Notes under the pieces: model-generated
Seen by the model: the letters and a program-made list of their open reading frames with translations, nothing else
What the model was told of the DNA's origin: nothing
Database searches by the model: none
Source: a virus
Lineage: Duplodnaviria > Caudoviricetes
Virus record (IMG/VR): IMGVR_UViG_3300045921_000263
Location: 1 to 52,182 of that record
Reading direction: 5' to 3' (one strand)
Length of the DNA: 52,182 nucleotides
Part shown: in pieces, positions 10,337 to 20,417 of the stretch
Position numbering within the stretch: position 1 is the stretch's first letter
Layout: every line of letters begins with the position of its first letter
Translations under genes and position numbers: made by a program

Positions 10337-11845
10337 ATGCCTTTCTCGACAGGAACAGCAGTCAACTCGACAGATCTTCTGAAGAAGATCAACACCCATC
10401 TAGTCGCTAATGGGTGGACAAAACTTCGTGGAGAAGAGGACATTGTTCCTGCATCGCCAAAATCTGCGCGCTATTGGCGAATGATTGTTCTTGAAAGTCA
10501 GACGACTAGTGCCACTGTTCGCGGCGTTCAGCTATTCAATTTGCGAGGAACTCCTGGCGGTCCGAACCTTTGCACCAATGCTGCGAATTTCACAATTTCT
10601 GATCTTGGAACAGGAAATGCTTCTCTTTTGATTTCTGGAGGTGTTGTTCGTTCTAGCAACATAGGCTCTGCTCGCGCTTGGAGAATTCAATACGATTTTG
10701 GTTCTCCTACAATCATTCGTGAACTCTACATGCGAGCTGACTCTACTGTCGGCAATACTCCTCGTTCCTTCGTGATCCAATGGTCTCATGATGGAGAAGT
10801 TTGGACCACGATGTTCGATGCTTCCAATATCAGCTGGACCGCTTCCGAATTCAAGACTTTCACATGGAATGACGGATACGTTTCTCCTATCCATCCGAGT
10901 TCGACCATTGCACGGCGTTCAGGCTCTGCTGAGGATTTTCCCGCTGACGTAAACTGGGAAGGGTCTGGTTTTCGCCATATGAGTGAAGACATGTATGCTT
11001 GGCAAGCTCCAGGCTATGATGCGAATCGTCGTGTTTATGTGAAAGCTCGCTCTCATTCTGTTGTTTCATCTTCAACAGAAATCATCGAATGGAATTTCTC
11101 GGCTGCCTATAACAACAATCTTCGTGGTTTCTTTGAAAACGTTGGAACATCTCCTAATTCGACTTTCCATTTTTTCGGCACTGGAACTATCAGCTATCGA
11201 ATCTACTCGAATAGCAAGCGACTGATTTTGATAACAAAGACTGGTGCTACGGACTATACTTCTTCCTATGTTGGGTTTCTGTCAGCTTTCGCTCTTCCGG
11301 ACTATTATCCGTTTCCATTGACTATGTCTGCAACTTCTCCGAGCAGATCTGCCTATAACTTAGCGACTTCAGACAACGTTCTCAGTTCTATGGCAGATCC
11401 AGGCTTCGGATGTATCGTTTCTAGATATTGGGATGGTATTATTCGCACAGGTGGAAACAGAGCTGCTGGGGCAACCGATGGGTATACTGTGAGTGGCACA
11501 TCTTCACCTTTTCCTTTCGTCTGGCCTCATTTCTTCGGTAAGTCAACTTCTAACGAGCGCTGGCCTAATAACCGAGGTGGAGGCACGACAGGAACAATGT
11601 ATTCTAACCAGACACTCATGGAAAAACTAATCGCTACTCAACAAAACGATCTGCCTCTGTTCCCAGCAATCGTGATTGATCACCAGTATGGGAGTCTCGG
11701 AGCGCTTGATGGTGTTTTCATTTTGCCGGGTTGGAATATCTTAGCAGCAGAGCAAACAATGACAATCAATTCTGTGAACTACAGGATTTTTCCAAACAGG
11801 ACGCGTCGTTTGGGTGCAAGCTGGTTCGCAGTAAGGGAAGACTGA
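10337..11845 (+). CDS. tail-associated structural protein with F5/8-type (discoidin-like) insertion
   Basis: M.F.TGTA N-terminus, G.LDGVF..PG C-terminus; internal ARYWR / YDFG / P.SF.IQ.S.DG..WTT motifs. Confidence 0.65.
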   Translation: MPFSTGTAVNSTDLLKKINTHLVANGWTKLRGEEDIVPASPKSARYWRMIVLESQTTSATVRGVQLFNLRGTPGGPNLCTNAANFTISDLGTGNASLLISGGVVRSSNIGSARAWRIQYDFGSPTIIRELYMRADSTVGNTPRSFVIQWSHDGEVWTTMFDASNISWTASEFKTFTWNDGYVSPIHPSSTIARRSGSAEDFPADVNWEGSGFRHMSEDMYAWQAPGYDANRRVYVKARSHSVVSSSTEIIEWNFSAAYNNNLRGFFENVGTSPNSTFHFFGTGTISYRIYSNSKRLILITKTGATDYTSSYVGFLSAFALPDYYPFPLTMSATSPSRSAYNLATSDNVLSSMADPGFGCIVSRYWDGIIRTGGNRAAGATDGYTVSGTSSPFPFVWPHFFGKSTSNERWPNNRGGGTTGTMYSNQTLMEKLIATQQNDLPLFPAIVIDHQYGSLGALDGVFILPGWNILAAEQTMTINSVNYRIFPNRTRRLGASWFAVRED

Positions 11846-11846
11846 G

Positions 11847-12938
11847 ATGGCTTTCTCGACAGGATCTGGTGACTACCTTGCTCTCATGAACGCAGTTCTC
11901 ACACATGCGATTAATGATGGTTGGACAACGACAGGTGGTAACTGGCCGATCTCCAAAGATAACGTGAGAGGCGTCAACTGGTCCACCAGAACTATCTCTG
12001 CAACTGATTATCTCAGTGGTAATGCTGTCAATTTCACTGAACGATTGATTGATCTTTCTATTGGAAGTTCAGGTGCGAACGCAACTTCGAACGCGAGTGT
12101 CCAAGCGACTTCAGTTCAAATCAGGAACTTGCAAGTTCCAATTCAAGAATGGTTCATCTTTTCTGATCCAAATGAGGGAAACTACATCCACGTCGTGATG
12201 CGCCAGACCAATGGATATACAAACGATTGCTGGGCGCACTTTTCCTTCGGTGAACTAGACAAAGGCGGTATGGGCTACACGAGCATAGCCTATGCAGCAT
12301 CTTCGTGCCGTCGTCCGTATGTTGCTCTTCCAGCAGGATCCAATACTAATACTTTCGAATCCTATGATTGGAATTGTGGAATCAATGGCAACTGGTCAAG
12401 CTATATGTCCGGACGCCTTGGATTTCAAGATGCATATGATCGTCAAACTTCTTCTGGACTAAACAGTCTTGTGTTCATGATACATCCAACCGTGTCTCCG
12501 GTTGTTGGAGGTGGTGGTTGGATTCAACCTGATCAGATCGGCACACAGCAAAATCTCTATGATTCAACATCTCCATCAGCTAGTCCACAAAACAGTATCG
12601 CAACAATTCTAACGAACTCATCAAGCATGAGTTTCTCATTCAATACTGTGATTGGTCACTGTCAAGCTCAACCATACTCCGGAGCGATCTCGCTTTCTGG
12701 AATTCCTTTCATTCTACTGAACGGCTCATCACCCACAGCCCAAGGTATGTTCCTGGGTATGTTTCCAGGAATTCGTATCTGTAGTTTGGATACCTACAAT
12801 CCAAAAGACGAGGTTACGCTGGCGTCTGACACTTGGTTTCTTGCACCTATCCTCAGGAAGACTACAAATGCAGAGTGTCTGCAAAGCACTGTGGTCGCTA
12901 GTGGAAATCTAGGCTATGCTTACAAGAAAGTAGTCTAA
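11847..12938 (+). CDS. tail-associated structural protein
   Basis: MAF.TG N-terminus, HF.FG.LDK, SG.LGYAYKK C-terminus; synteny with YuA-like tail genes. Confidence 0.65.
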   Translation: MAFSTGSGDYLALMNAVLTHAINDGWTTTGGNWPISKDNVRGVNWSTRTISATDYLSGNAVNFTERLIDLSIGSSGANATSNASVQATSVQIRNLQVPIQEWFIFSDPNEGNYIHVVMRQTNGYTNDCWAHFSFGELDKGGMGYTSIAYAASSCRRPYVALPAGSNTNTFESYDWNCGINGNWSSYMSGRLGFQDAYDRQTSSGLNSLVFMIHPTVSPVVGGGGWIQPDQIGTQQNLYDSTSPSASPQNSIATILTNSSSMSFSFNTVIGHCQAQPYSGAISLSGIPFILLNGSSPTAQGMFLGMFPGIRICSLDTYNPKDEVTLASDTWFLAPILRKTTNAECLQSTVVASGNLGYAYKKVV

Positions 12939-14647
12939 TGGGATGGGGCTTCTTTGACTACAGCACCTACGCGACATTCAGTGGGACTGTAACTTTTCCT
13001 GATCAGTTTCCTTATAGTGCTCTGACTGGTGTTCAGAGATCAGAGGGCTGGACTGCAAACACCAATCAAGTCGCATACGATTTCGGTTACTTGTTCTCGA
13101 CGGACGCTAGCCGAGGACCACTGGTAGACGAAACAGGAACTGGTGTTCCGCGACTTCAAGCGAACTTCCATAGCGATTTTCACTTCAGGCTTTGGGTTGT
13201 TCCGAGCTTGTTGCAGTTGAACAACCCACAGATTGGAATAGATATTCCTTTCCGTATTTGGAGCACAGGAACTATCTTTGAGACTTTCACTAATATCTTG
13301 GTGAGTGGAAGTTCTGTTCTTTCTTTTGATATTTCTCCAGGAGACGTTATTCGGGACTTCGAATATCTTGTTGTCAACATGCAGATCGATGCTGGAGAAG
13401 CAAGCATCGAGGCAATCGTTGAGTTCAGCACGACTAATCTTGTCGGCTATTTGACTGTCATAGCCACAATCTCTGATACTTTCAATCTAATTCCTGATGT
13501 TCCTATCAAAGAACAGTGGGAATTCAAGACTGACGTGCTAACGAATCATCTTGGTGTGGAGCAACGAATTTGTCTGCGTCGCAGACCGCGAATCAGGCAA
13601 GAATTCACATTCGAGATCATTAATCTCAGACAACGCCGTGAACAATACAATGTCACGAGGAAAAATATTCTTTCTAGATCTTTGGTGCCGATGTATCAAT
13701 ATTCGGTGAATCTTGATCAGCCTGCTACAATCGGTGCAACTAGGCTCTACTTGAACAACTCACAATCTAATTTGCGAGCAGGTGAATTTGCCATCATTGT
13801 CAATCCGACTACTGAACAATTGATCATCTCTAAAATCGCTGTCATTGAAACTGATGGCATCACGCTCGAATCTCCCATTAGTTTTGATATTGATGACCAT
13901 TGGGTCGTAGCTCCGGTAATCAATGCCGTCATCAATGATGGTAGCGGAATCGATATGAGAAATGTGACTGGACAGCTCAAGATCACTGCTGACAGTTTCA
14001 CTGAACCAGCATTGCTGAGGCCCAATGCGACTCGAACAGTAGAAATGTTTGACGGCATCCCATTCATCAATAGAAGGCCGTTGATCAATGCTGATGAGAA
14101 TTTCAACTTCGAACGTGAGATTTTTGACAATGAGACCGGCGTTCGTGACATCGACTCTGGATGGACTCATCCAAAGATAAGTGGCACCAGAAAGTTCCTG
14201 ATTCAGCGAGTTTCTGATCCTGAAGAAATGGATTACTGGCGCTCGGTGTTTGACACCGTTCGCGGTGGACAAAAGTCTTTCTTGCTCTCTACTTTCTTTC
14301 CTGACTTGACACAGGTGAACCCAAATCAGAACGTTCGTGGATTGTCAACAATCCTTATCAAAGAGGGCTACTATCCCGCCCTCTATTGGACTTACGACAC
14401 TTGGAAGAGAATTCAAATCGAATATACCAGCAAAAATCGCTCTCAACACGTTGTGATGAACGCAACTACTAACCAAGATGGGACTGCAAATATCCAGCTA
14501 TCACCAGTGATTCCTGATCTTAATGGCTATGAAACTGTCAAATATATCAGTTTCTTAATGAGATGGAGGGCCACTGACACTATTGTCTTCAACCATTGGG
14601 CCAACTATAGTGAAGTCAGCTTTGGTGTCTTCAGTTCGGATGAATAA
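12938..14647 (+). CDS. distal tail / tail tip protein
   Basis: E.WEF.TDVL....G.EQR..LR..PR motif; G....F..P pattern. Confidence 0.7.
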   Translation: MGWGFFDYSTYATFSGTVTFPDQFPYSALTGVQRSEGWTANTNQVAYDFGYLFSTDASRGPLVDETGTGVPRLQANFHSDFHFRLWVVPSLLQLNNPQIGIDIPFRIWSTGTIFETFTNILVSGSSVLSFDISPGDVIRDFEYLVVNMQIDAGEASIEAIVEFSTTNLVGYLTVIATISDTFNLIPDVPIKEQWEFKTDVLTNHLGVEQRICLRRRPRIRQEFTFEIINLRQRREQYNVTRKNILSRSLVPMYQYSVNLDQPATIGATRLYLNNSQSNLRAGEFAIIVNPTTEQLIISKIAVIETDGITLESPISFDIDDHWVVAPVINAVINDGSGIDMRNVTGQLKITADSFTEPALLRPNATRTVEMFDGIPFINRRPLINADENFNFEREIFDNETGVRDIDSGWTHPKISGTRKFLIQRVSDPEEMDYWRSVFDTVRGGQKSFLLSTFFPDLTQVNPNQNVRGLSTILIKEGYYPALYWTYDTWKRIQIEYTSKNRSQHVVMNATTNQDGTANIQLSPVIPDLNGYETVKYISFLMRWRATDTIVFNHWANYSEVSFGVFSSDE

Positions 14648-15454
14648 ATGGCCTATCAAGATGACGAAACGGGTCTGACAACTGCCAGACCAATCGAGCT
14701 CTACAGGTTCTCCGGAACTTTCAATAGCTATAACCTGACGAGCTATAATCTACCAGTCACTTCTAATGGCACAACTTACAAGCCTGTAGCGATTGATAGG
14801 AACAAGCTCAAAGTCTCAACTCAAGAGCAGACTGAGAACGCTCTCGAGATCACCATGCCTTTTGATCATCCTTTGGTGACCGAGTATGCTTACCAGAATG
14901 CTCCACCGAATTTGACTCTTGAGCTAATTCGTTGTCATGAGACAAACCCAAATGACACTGTCATCCTGTGGAAAGGACGTGTCACCGGATTCACTGTTGA
15001 GGGACGCATTGCCAAGCTGAAAGTTCCGGCAATCATGTCCTATGCTCTCAACGGAAATGCTCCAACTCCACGTTATCAGGCTCCATGTAATCATATTCTG
15101 TATGATGCACGCTGTGGTGTGAACTCTGCTCTGCATCAGCATGTGGCGACTATAACTCAAATCACAGGAAACATCATTACCATCAACAACTATCCATGGT
15201 CACCGACAGCTGCTGTCGCTGGTCAGATGATTACACCTGCCGGTGAGCAGAGAATGATTATTTCTGTGACCGGCAATGATATCACTGTCACATACCCGTT
15301 TGCCAAAGTTCAGATTGGTCAGTCAGTGACTATTCGCAAAGGCTGTGACCATTCTTTCGAAGGTGACTGCAAAACGAAATTCAACAATGGTGCAAGGTTT
15401 GGTGGCTTTCCAATCGTGCCTGCAAGAAACCCATTCACGAGCACACTGACATGA
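14648..15454 (+). CDS. tail hub protein (DUF2163/BR0599, GTA-like)
   Basis: P.ELY.F N-terminus; C.H.LYD..CG and GCD.....C..KFNN...FGGFP Cys motifs. Confidence 0.85.
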   Translation: MAYQDDETGLTTARPIELYRFSGTFNSYNLTSYNLPVTSNGTTYKPVAIDRNKLKVSTQEQTENALEITMPFDHPLVTEYAYQNAPPNLTLELIRCHETNPNDTVILWKGRVTGFTVEGRIAKLKVPAIMSYALNGNAPTPRYQAPCNHILYDARCGVNSALHQHVATITQITGNIITINNYPWSPTAAVAGQMITPAGEQRMIISVTGNDITVTYPFAKVQIGQSVTIRKGCDHSFEGDCKTKFNNGARFGGFPIVPARNPFTSTLT

Positions 15455-17919
15455 TCTGGTTCACGCTTGCTCTGTTCGTTGTTTCGTTCTTGATTGTAGC
15501 TCTGCTCACGCCGAAGCCAGAGTTCGAAAACGTAAGAGCAGAAACTCTTGACGATGTAGATTTTCCTCGTGCTACTGAGGACGCACCAATCCCTCTCGTC
15601 TTGGGCCGTGTCCGAATGAAGGCACCTAACGTCATCTGGTATGGGAATTTCAGAAGCGTTCCAATTATTGAAAAAATCAAGACTGGGCTGTTCAGCTCGA
15701 CCAGAGTAACTGTCGGTCATCGCTATTTCTTGACGATGGATTTGGCGTTGGCGATGGGTCCAGGCGTCGTTTTGAAAGAAATTTATGTTGATGACAAGAT
15801 CGCTTGGTCAGGCACGACCAGCGGTGCCGGTCCTTCTGCTGTGAACAACGTAGGCATCAGCTTCGGTGGTTACAAGAAGGGCGGAGAGATGAACATGTCA
15901 GGCTTTTTCTACTCGGGAGCTTTCAACCTAACAGATCAGCCTGTCGACAGCATCATCGCTGCCCAAGTAGGGAATGCGAACGTTCCTGCCTATCTTGGGA
16001 CTTCTCACATCACACTTGATGGTGAAATCGGTGAGAGTGCACAACTACGCAAGATGGCATTCGTGATCGAATGCTATACAAACGCTCTTGGGCTTCCCAA
16101 CGGTGGTAAAATCGGAGACGATATGAACCCGGCGGAAGCTCTATATCAAGTTCTGACTGATACATGGCGCGGGCTTGGTATCAATCCTGCTCTCATTGAT
16201 ACCACGACTCTTCAAAATATTGGTAACACTCTTCATAGTGAAGGTAACGGTGTTTCTATTCAAGTGACTGCCGAAACAAATGGCAAGAAAGTCGTAGAAG
16301 AAATTCTGCGACAAATTGATGGTGTTGCCTATCAAGATCCCACTACTGGTAAAATCATTTTTAAGCTGATCCGAAATGACTACGACCCTAATACGCTTGA
16401 TGTTTATGATGAAAATGACATCATCAAAGTAGAGAATTTCTCTCGTTCCGGATGGGACGAAGTCATTGCCCAAGTGAAAGTTAGTTTTCCACAGCGCGAC
16501 AGTGATAGTGACGCAGTGGCAATCTCTCAAGACATGGCTACGGCTGGAATGGTTGGTCGCCTTCGCAGCACCACGGTCTCTATGCCGTTCTGCTACAACC
16601 CTACTCTTGCGAATCAACTGGCTTCACGTGAACGTGCACAATATTCTGTGCCATTGTTCCGCATGACGTTGCAAATGAATCGGAACGCTAATACTCTTCG
16701 ACCCGGTGATGTTTTCAAAGTCAATTGGGACGACTACGGTATCAGCAACCTAGTTCTTCGTGTTCAAGAGTTTGATTTTGGTTCGCTTCTAGACGGTAAA
16801 ATCGTTATTCGCTGTTTGCAAGATAATTTCGCTCTGAGCACTGTAGTCATCGCACCACCTGCTGGAACAAACTGGCAACCTCCTGTTGTAGCTCCACAGA
16901 TAATCACAGTTTCTGAAATCGTCGAGATGCCTCGTTTCTATATGAAGCGTCTTCAATTCCCGCTGCCTGATGGTCGCGCTGGTGCTATTCCGCTTGCCTT
17001 GAAACCCAGCTCGGCTTCGAGTTCCTATGATTTTCTTGCTGGGAAAGTTTCTGGTAATCTAGACGTCAGAGAACCGCAAGAAGTTCCCTATCCGGCCACT
17101 GGAACTCTCACAGCACAATATCCTGAATCTGCCGGTTTTGCTACGGGTCTTGACACCACTGGTTTCACTCTTGCAAACTTCTCTGGTGAGAATTTCGTTC
17201 CTGCTGGAACTCTTGCTCAGCTTCGAAATGGCGAGCTTGGTATCCTGTATGGTAACGAAGAGTTCATGGGCTTTCTGAATGCAGTCCAGAATCCAGATCT
17301 TAGTTGGACTCTGACTAACGTCTATCGTGGTCTATTCGGCACAAGGCCCAGGACGCATCCTATCAATACTCGCTTCTATCAAATTCGTTCTGAATTGCTT
17401 GGTATTGGTAGCTTGGACGATATTTCGGAAACTGGAATTCTCTACTATAAGCTGCTTGATCGTGTCGGTCCGACTCCGATTAATCCCAATGCAGTGACAC
17501 AAGCGTCAAAAACCATGAACAGACTGGCGCGTCGTCCGCAACGTGTTCGCAATCTTCAGCTGGATGGACAGAGAACTAACATCACTATCGGACCTAACAC
17601 TGGCAGTTTGACTCTCACTTGGGCACGATCCAATCGAGAAGTGTCTACTGTAACTATCGAGACTGATCCTGATCAGACTCCGGACATCTCTGATGCACTC
17701 AATGAACGGTATCACATAGAAGTTTTCAACAATGGTTCTCTTGTTTCTCAACTATCTGTAGACAACTGGGCAGGACCGACCAGTCGTGTTATCGACTTTT
17801 CTCTCACTTCACTGACTGGTCAGGGTGAGATCCGTGTTACGGCTGAATGGGATTATTCACCGAGTCCTGAAGTTGATGCGATTGAATACGCTTCTCTTCC
17901 AATAACCTTTGCACAATGA
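15451..17919 (+). CDS. central tail tip protein (gpJ/GTA megatron-like)
   Basis: FP.ATE..PIP.V.G, PNV.WYG, DMNPA..LY..LT..W.G, L.PGDVF, RGLFGT.P..H motifs. Confidence 0.85.
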   Translation: MIWFTLALFVVSFLIVALLTPKPEFENVRAETLDDVDFPRATEDAPIPLVLGRVRMKAPNVIWYGNFRSVPIIEKIKTGLFSSTRVTVGHRYFLTMDLALAMGPGVVLKEIYVDDKIAWSGTTSGAGPSAVNNVGISFGGYKKGGEMNMSGFFYSGAFNLTDQPVDSIIAAQVGNANVPAYLGTSHITLDGEIGESAQLRKMAFVIECYTNALGLPNGGKIGDDMNPAEALYQVLTDTWRGLGINPALIDTTTLQNIGNTLHSEGNGVSIQVTAETNGKKVVEEILRQIDGVAYQDPTTGKIIFKLIRNDYDPNTLDVYDENDIIKVENFSRSGWDEVIAQVKVSFPQRDSDSDAVAISQDMATAGMVGRLRSTTVSMPFCYNPTLANQLASRERAQYSVPLFRMTLQMNRNANTLRPGDVFKVNWDDYGISNLVLRVQEFDFGSLLDGKIVIRCLQDNFALSTVVIAPPAGTNWQPPVVAPQIITVSEIVEMPRFYMKRLQFPLPDGRAGAIPLALKPSSASSSYDFLAGKVSGNLDVREPQEVPYPATGTLTAQYPESAGFATGLDTTGFTLANFSGENFVPAGTLAQLRNGELGILYGNEEFMGFLNAVQNPDLSWTLTNVYRGLFGTRPRTHPINTRFYQIRSELLGIGSLDDISETGILYYKLLDRVGPTPINPNAVTQASKTMNRLARRPQRVRNLQLDGQRTNITIGPNTGSLTLTWARSNREVSTVTIETDPDQTPDISDALNERYHIEVFNNGSLVSQLSVDNWAGPTSRVIDFSLTSLTGQGEIRVTAEWDYSPSPEVDAIEYASLPITFAQ

Positions 17920-18013
17920 CGAGCCACAGGGACGTCCAGCAGCGGCCTTGTTTGCTGGCCGCTGGTAGGGTAGCAGGCAGGGCTTCAAGAGGCCCTCTGA
18001 CGCGTCCTGTGGC
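17918..18013. repeat. dispersed phased element A (intergenic)
   Basis: GCCACAGGGACG...CGTCCTGTGGC imperfect inverted arms; GGGCTTCAAGAGGCC shared with element B; TC at 17985/17996/18005. Confidence 0.65.
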
Positions 18014-18058
18014 GGCGCTGGCCGTGCTTTTGCCAGCTACCCTAGCACCGGAGGTCCA

Positions 18059-18412
18059 ATGCCGCTTGAAAGACAATCTTGGGTTGTAATTTCCCGCGCC
18101 TTGCTATATGGTGTAAGTGCTCTCCTCGTGGCAGGAGCATATCTCTATATTCGGTGGGACGCATACAACGATGGCGTTGCTGATACCACCGCCAAATACG
18201 AAAATCTGATCTTGAAAGAGCGCCAGCGCGTTAACGAAGCGAATTCGGCTGCGCTGGCAGAAGCGCGTTCAAAGATCTCTGAACTACAAAGCCTGCTACG
18301 AGAACGAAATGAAAAACTGTTGGATCTTCAACGTGAAGCGGCTCAAGACCGCGACGCTGATAGGCCTGCCATCGGCACTAGGAGCGTGCAGCGGCTCAAT
18401 CGGATCCGTTGA
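18059..18412 (+). CDS. i-spanin (Rz-like)
   Basis: N-terminal transmembrane segment then coiled coil; overlapped by lipoprotein ORF. Confidence 0.7.
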   Translation: MPLERQSWVVISRALLYGVSALLVAGAYLYIRWDAYNDGVADTTAKYENLILKERQRVNEANSAALAEARSKISELQSLLRERNEKLLDLQREAAQDRDADRPAIGTRSVQRLNRIR

Positions 18413-18623
18413 ACCGCCCAAGCTGGCACCTCCGCCTGCCGAGCTGACTAAACAGTGTGCTCGACCTGTTCTGCTGCCGAATCGTTCTTTGTCGCAATCA
18501 GAGGTTGAAAACTTCTGGCTCAAAGATCGTTCTAATCTAATCGAGTGTGGTAATTACAAGTATCTGCTCCAGCAGTTTTATCTTGATCGAGATGCTAGAA
18601 TAGCTGGAGAAAAGAATGTCTGA
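18333..18623 (+). CDS. o-spanin (Rz1-like lipoprotein)
   Basis: Lipobox LGAC, Pro-rich linker, C..P and W..DR..L.EC motifs; start uncertain (GTG 18333 or ATG 18309). Confidence 0.7.
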   Translation: MKRLKTATLIGLPSALGACSGSIGSVEPPKLAPPPAELTKQCARPVLLPNRSLSQSEVENFWLKDRSNLIECGNYKYLLQQFYLDRDARIAGEKNV

Positions 18624-18861
18624 TTTGCAAAATCTTGAAAAACGAGTGGAAATTCTAGAGGTTTGGAAGGTCGAGCAAACAACGAATCACGCTGTTAGAG
18701 TAGAAAAAGATCGTCACATGGATCGACGTTTTGACGAACTCAAAGAGAGTGTCGACCAAGTCAAGGGTTACCTGCTTCGCATAGTCTGGGTGATCGTGCT
18801 CGGAATAATCGGTTCTCTCTTGACTTTCATCATAAATGGAGGGCTGAATATTGGAAACTAA
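18616..18861 (+). CDS. small membrane protein, holin/XhlA-like
   Basis: Coiled coil plus single C-terminal TM helix in lysis cassette; GGAG RBS. Confidence 0.5.
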   Translation: MSDLQNLEKRVEILEVWKVEQTTNHAVRVEKDRHMDRRFDELKESVDQVKGYLLRIVWVIVLGIIGSLLTFIINGGLNIGN

Positions 18862-19297
18862 GCAAGAAAATCAACTCGCTTTGATGCTCAGCTTTCCTTT
18901 CTTGAGCCTTCTAATTCTCATTGGACTCGTGCCTATAGTCTTTCCATTGATGTCAGAATACGAGGGAAGAATATTCCCAGTGGTGAAGAACATTAAAGTA
19001 GAAGTGATTGATAAAAAAGAAAACGGTATTTTCATCAATGTTTCTTTCGACAAAGTCAGAGCTTGTGAATTCATTGGTATCTCATGGTATGATCAATTCG
19101 GTAACACGATTCCTATCATATTCGAAGCTAGCGCACGAGGAGAAAATGGCGAGATACCAAGAACACGTCCAGCCTTGCCGGGACAAAAAGCTGGCCCATG
19201 GGAACTGATAGGTCTGCAAAGTCTACAAGGAAGTATGGCGATTGTATCTCATCGCTGTCATCCACTGTGGATCACATACACACACTTCTACCCATAG
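18851..19297 (+). CDS. membrane-anchored hypothetical protein in lysis cassette
   Basis: N-terminal hydrophobic segment; F.K.R.C.F and H.CHP.W motifs. Confidence 0.55.
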   Translation: METKQENQLALMLSFPFLSLLILIGLVPIVFPLMSEYEGRIFPVVKNIKVEVIDKKENGIFINVSFDKVRACEFIGISWYDQFGNTIPIIFEASARGENGEIPRTRPALPGQKAGPWELIGLQSLQGSMAIVSHRCHPLWITYTHFYP

Positions 19298-19306
19298 GAG
19301 GATCAT

Positions 19307-20116
19307 ATGCGTGACAATCTCATGAAGACTACTGAATGGATTCTTGTCCATGAAGGTGGTTATGTAAATCACCCAAAAGACCCCGGTGGACCGACGAACA
19401 TGGGTGTAACCCAGCGAGTCTATGATAGCTGGCGCGTTCGTAATGGGAAGCCAAAGCAATCTGTTCGAAATATCACCAAAAAAGAAGTGATTTCAATTTA
19501 CAAAGATCAATATTGGGACAAGATCTGGGGCGATTTTCTCCCTTCTGGACTTGACTATTCACTCTACGACTTTGCAGTGAATTCTGGTCCTACGAGAGCG
19601 ATCAAGTTCATTCAGCGATTGGTCGGTGTCAAAGAAGACGGTGTTATGGGCAACGTCACTCTCGGTGCAATTCTCAGCAATAAAAATATCGAGAAATTAA
19701 TCATCGATCTGAACTATGCTCGCTGGAACTGGCTGAAAAAACTGCGTCATTTCAGCACGTTCGGCAAAGGCTGGACTCGCCGTGTCATGGGCGAGAAAGA
19801 AGGCGTTCAAGAACGTGATCACGGTGTTATTGACCGGAGCATTCTTCTCTACAAACAGGCCAGCTCAATCCCAGCACCAAAGAACTTGAAAGACGGCTCA
19901 GGTGTTCGCACTGAAGAAGAACCTCTCAAACTCATGGAGGAAATTACTGAGGGTCTCACTTTTGACAATGTTGCGAAGATTGGTGCAGGTTCTCTTCCTG
20001 CATGGCTCACTGCGGCGGCTGCTTTGCCCGAGGGACCGCTTCAATGGGCGTTCGCAGCTGGAACTGTCATGGTGCTGTTCATGGTGGCTTTGTGGTTGTT
20101 TCGCAAACTCAAATGA
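19307..20116 (+). CDS. endolysin, glycoside hydrolase family 108 with peptidoglycan-binding domain
   Basis: HEGGYVNHPKDPGGPTNMGVT catalytic motif, D.AVNSGP, FG.GW.RR. Confidence 0.92.
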   Translation: MRDNLMKTTEWILVHEGGYVNHPKDPGGPTNMGVTQRVYDSWRVRNGKPKQSVRNITKKEVISIYKDQYWDKIWGDFLPSGLDYSLYDFAVNSGPTRAIKFIQRLVGVKEDGVMGNVTLGAILSNKNIEKLIIDLNYARWNWLKKLRHFSTFGKGWTRRVMGEKEGVQERDHGVIDRSILLYKQASSIPAPKNLKDGSGVRTEEEPLKLMEEITEGLTFDNVAKIGAGSLPAWLTAAAALPEGPLQWAFAAGTVMVLFMVALWLFRKLK

Positions 20117-20355
20117 TGGCCAAGTATGGCCACAGACAAAGCCATAAGCCATTGTTAAAGCTGCACAAAAGTTCTGTGACCAAACTTGCCACACTGGCCA
20201 AAGCCCAAACGCAACCCGTAGCAATTTGCTAAAGCAACGCAACCCAGGGGACGCTATGTCAGGTATGGCAAGTATGGCAACCCCTTGTTTTGCTTAGGTA
20301 AAATGGCCTTTTATATTACTTCTTAAATATTAAAAAGAATGGTAAGTATGGTCAC
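20117..20355. other. non-coding region with iterated motifs and AT-rich tract (candidate origin)
   Basis: A(A/G)GTATGG at 20122, 20261, 20270, 20344; CGCAACCC at 20210, 20238; AT-rich tract ~20310-20340. Confidence 0.4.
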
Positions 20356-20367
20356 ACAGAACTAAGC

Positions 20368-20396
20368 TAGTCGCAGCCCCACCCTTGGGCTAAGCT
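20368..20396 (+). promoter_or_regulatory. putative promoter for helicase
   Basis: TAGTCG-N17-TAAGCT then AAGGAG RBS; weak -35. Confidence 0.35.
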
Positions 20397-20417
20397 GGCG
20401 TCAGAAAAGGAGAAACT

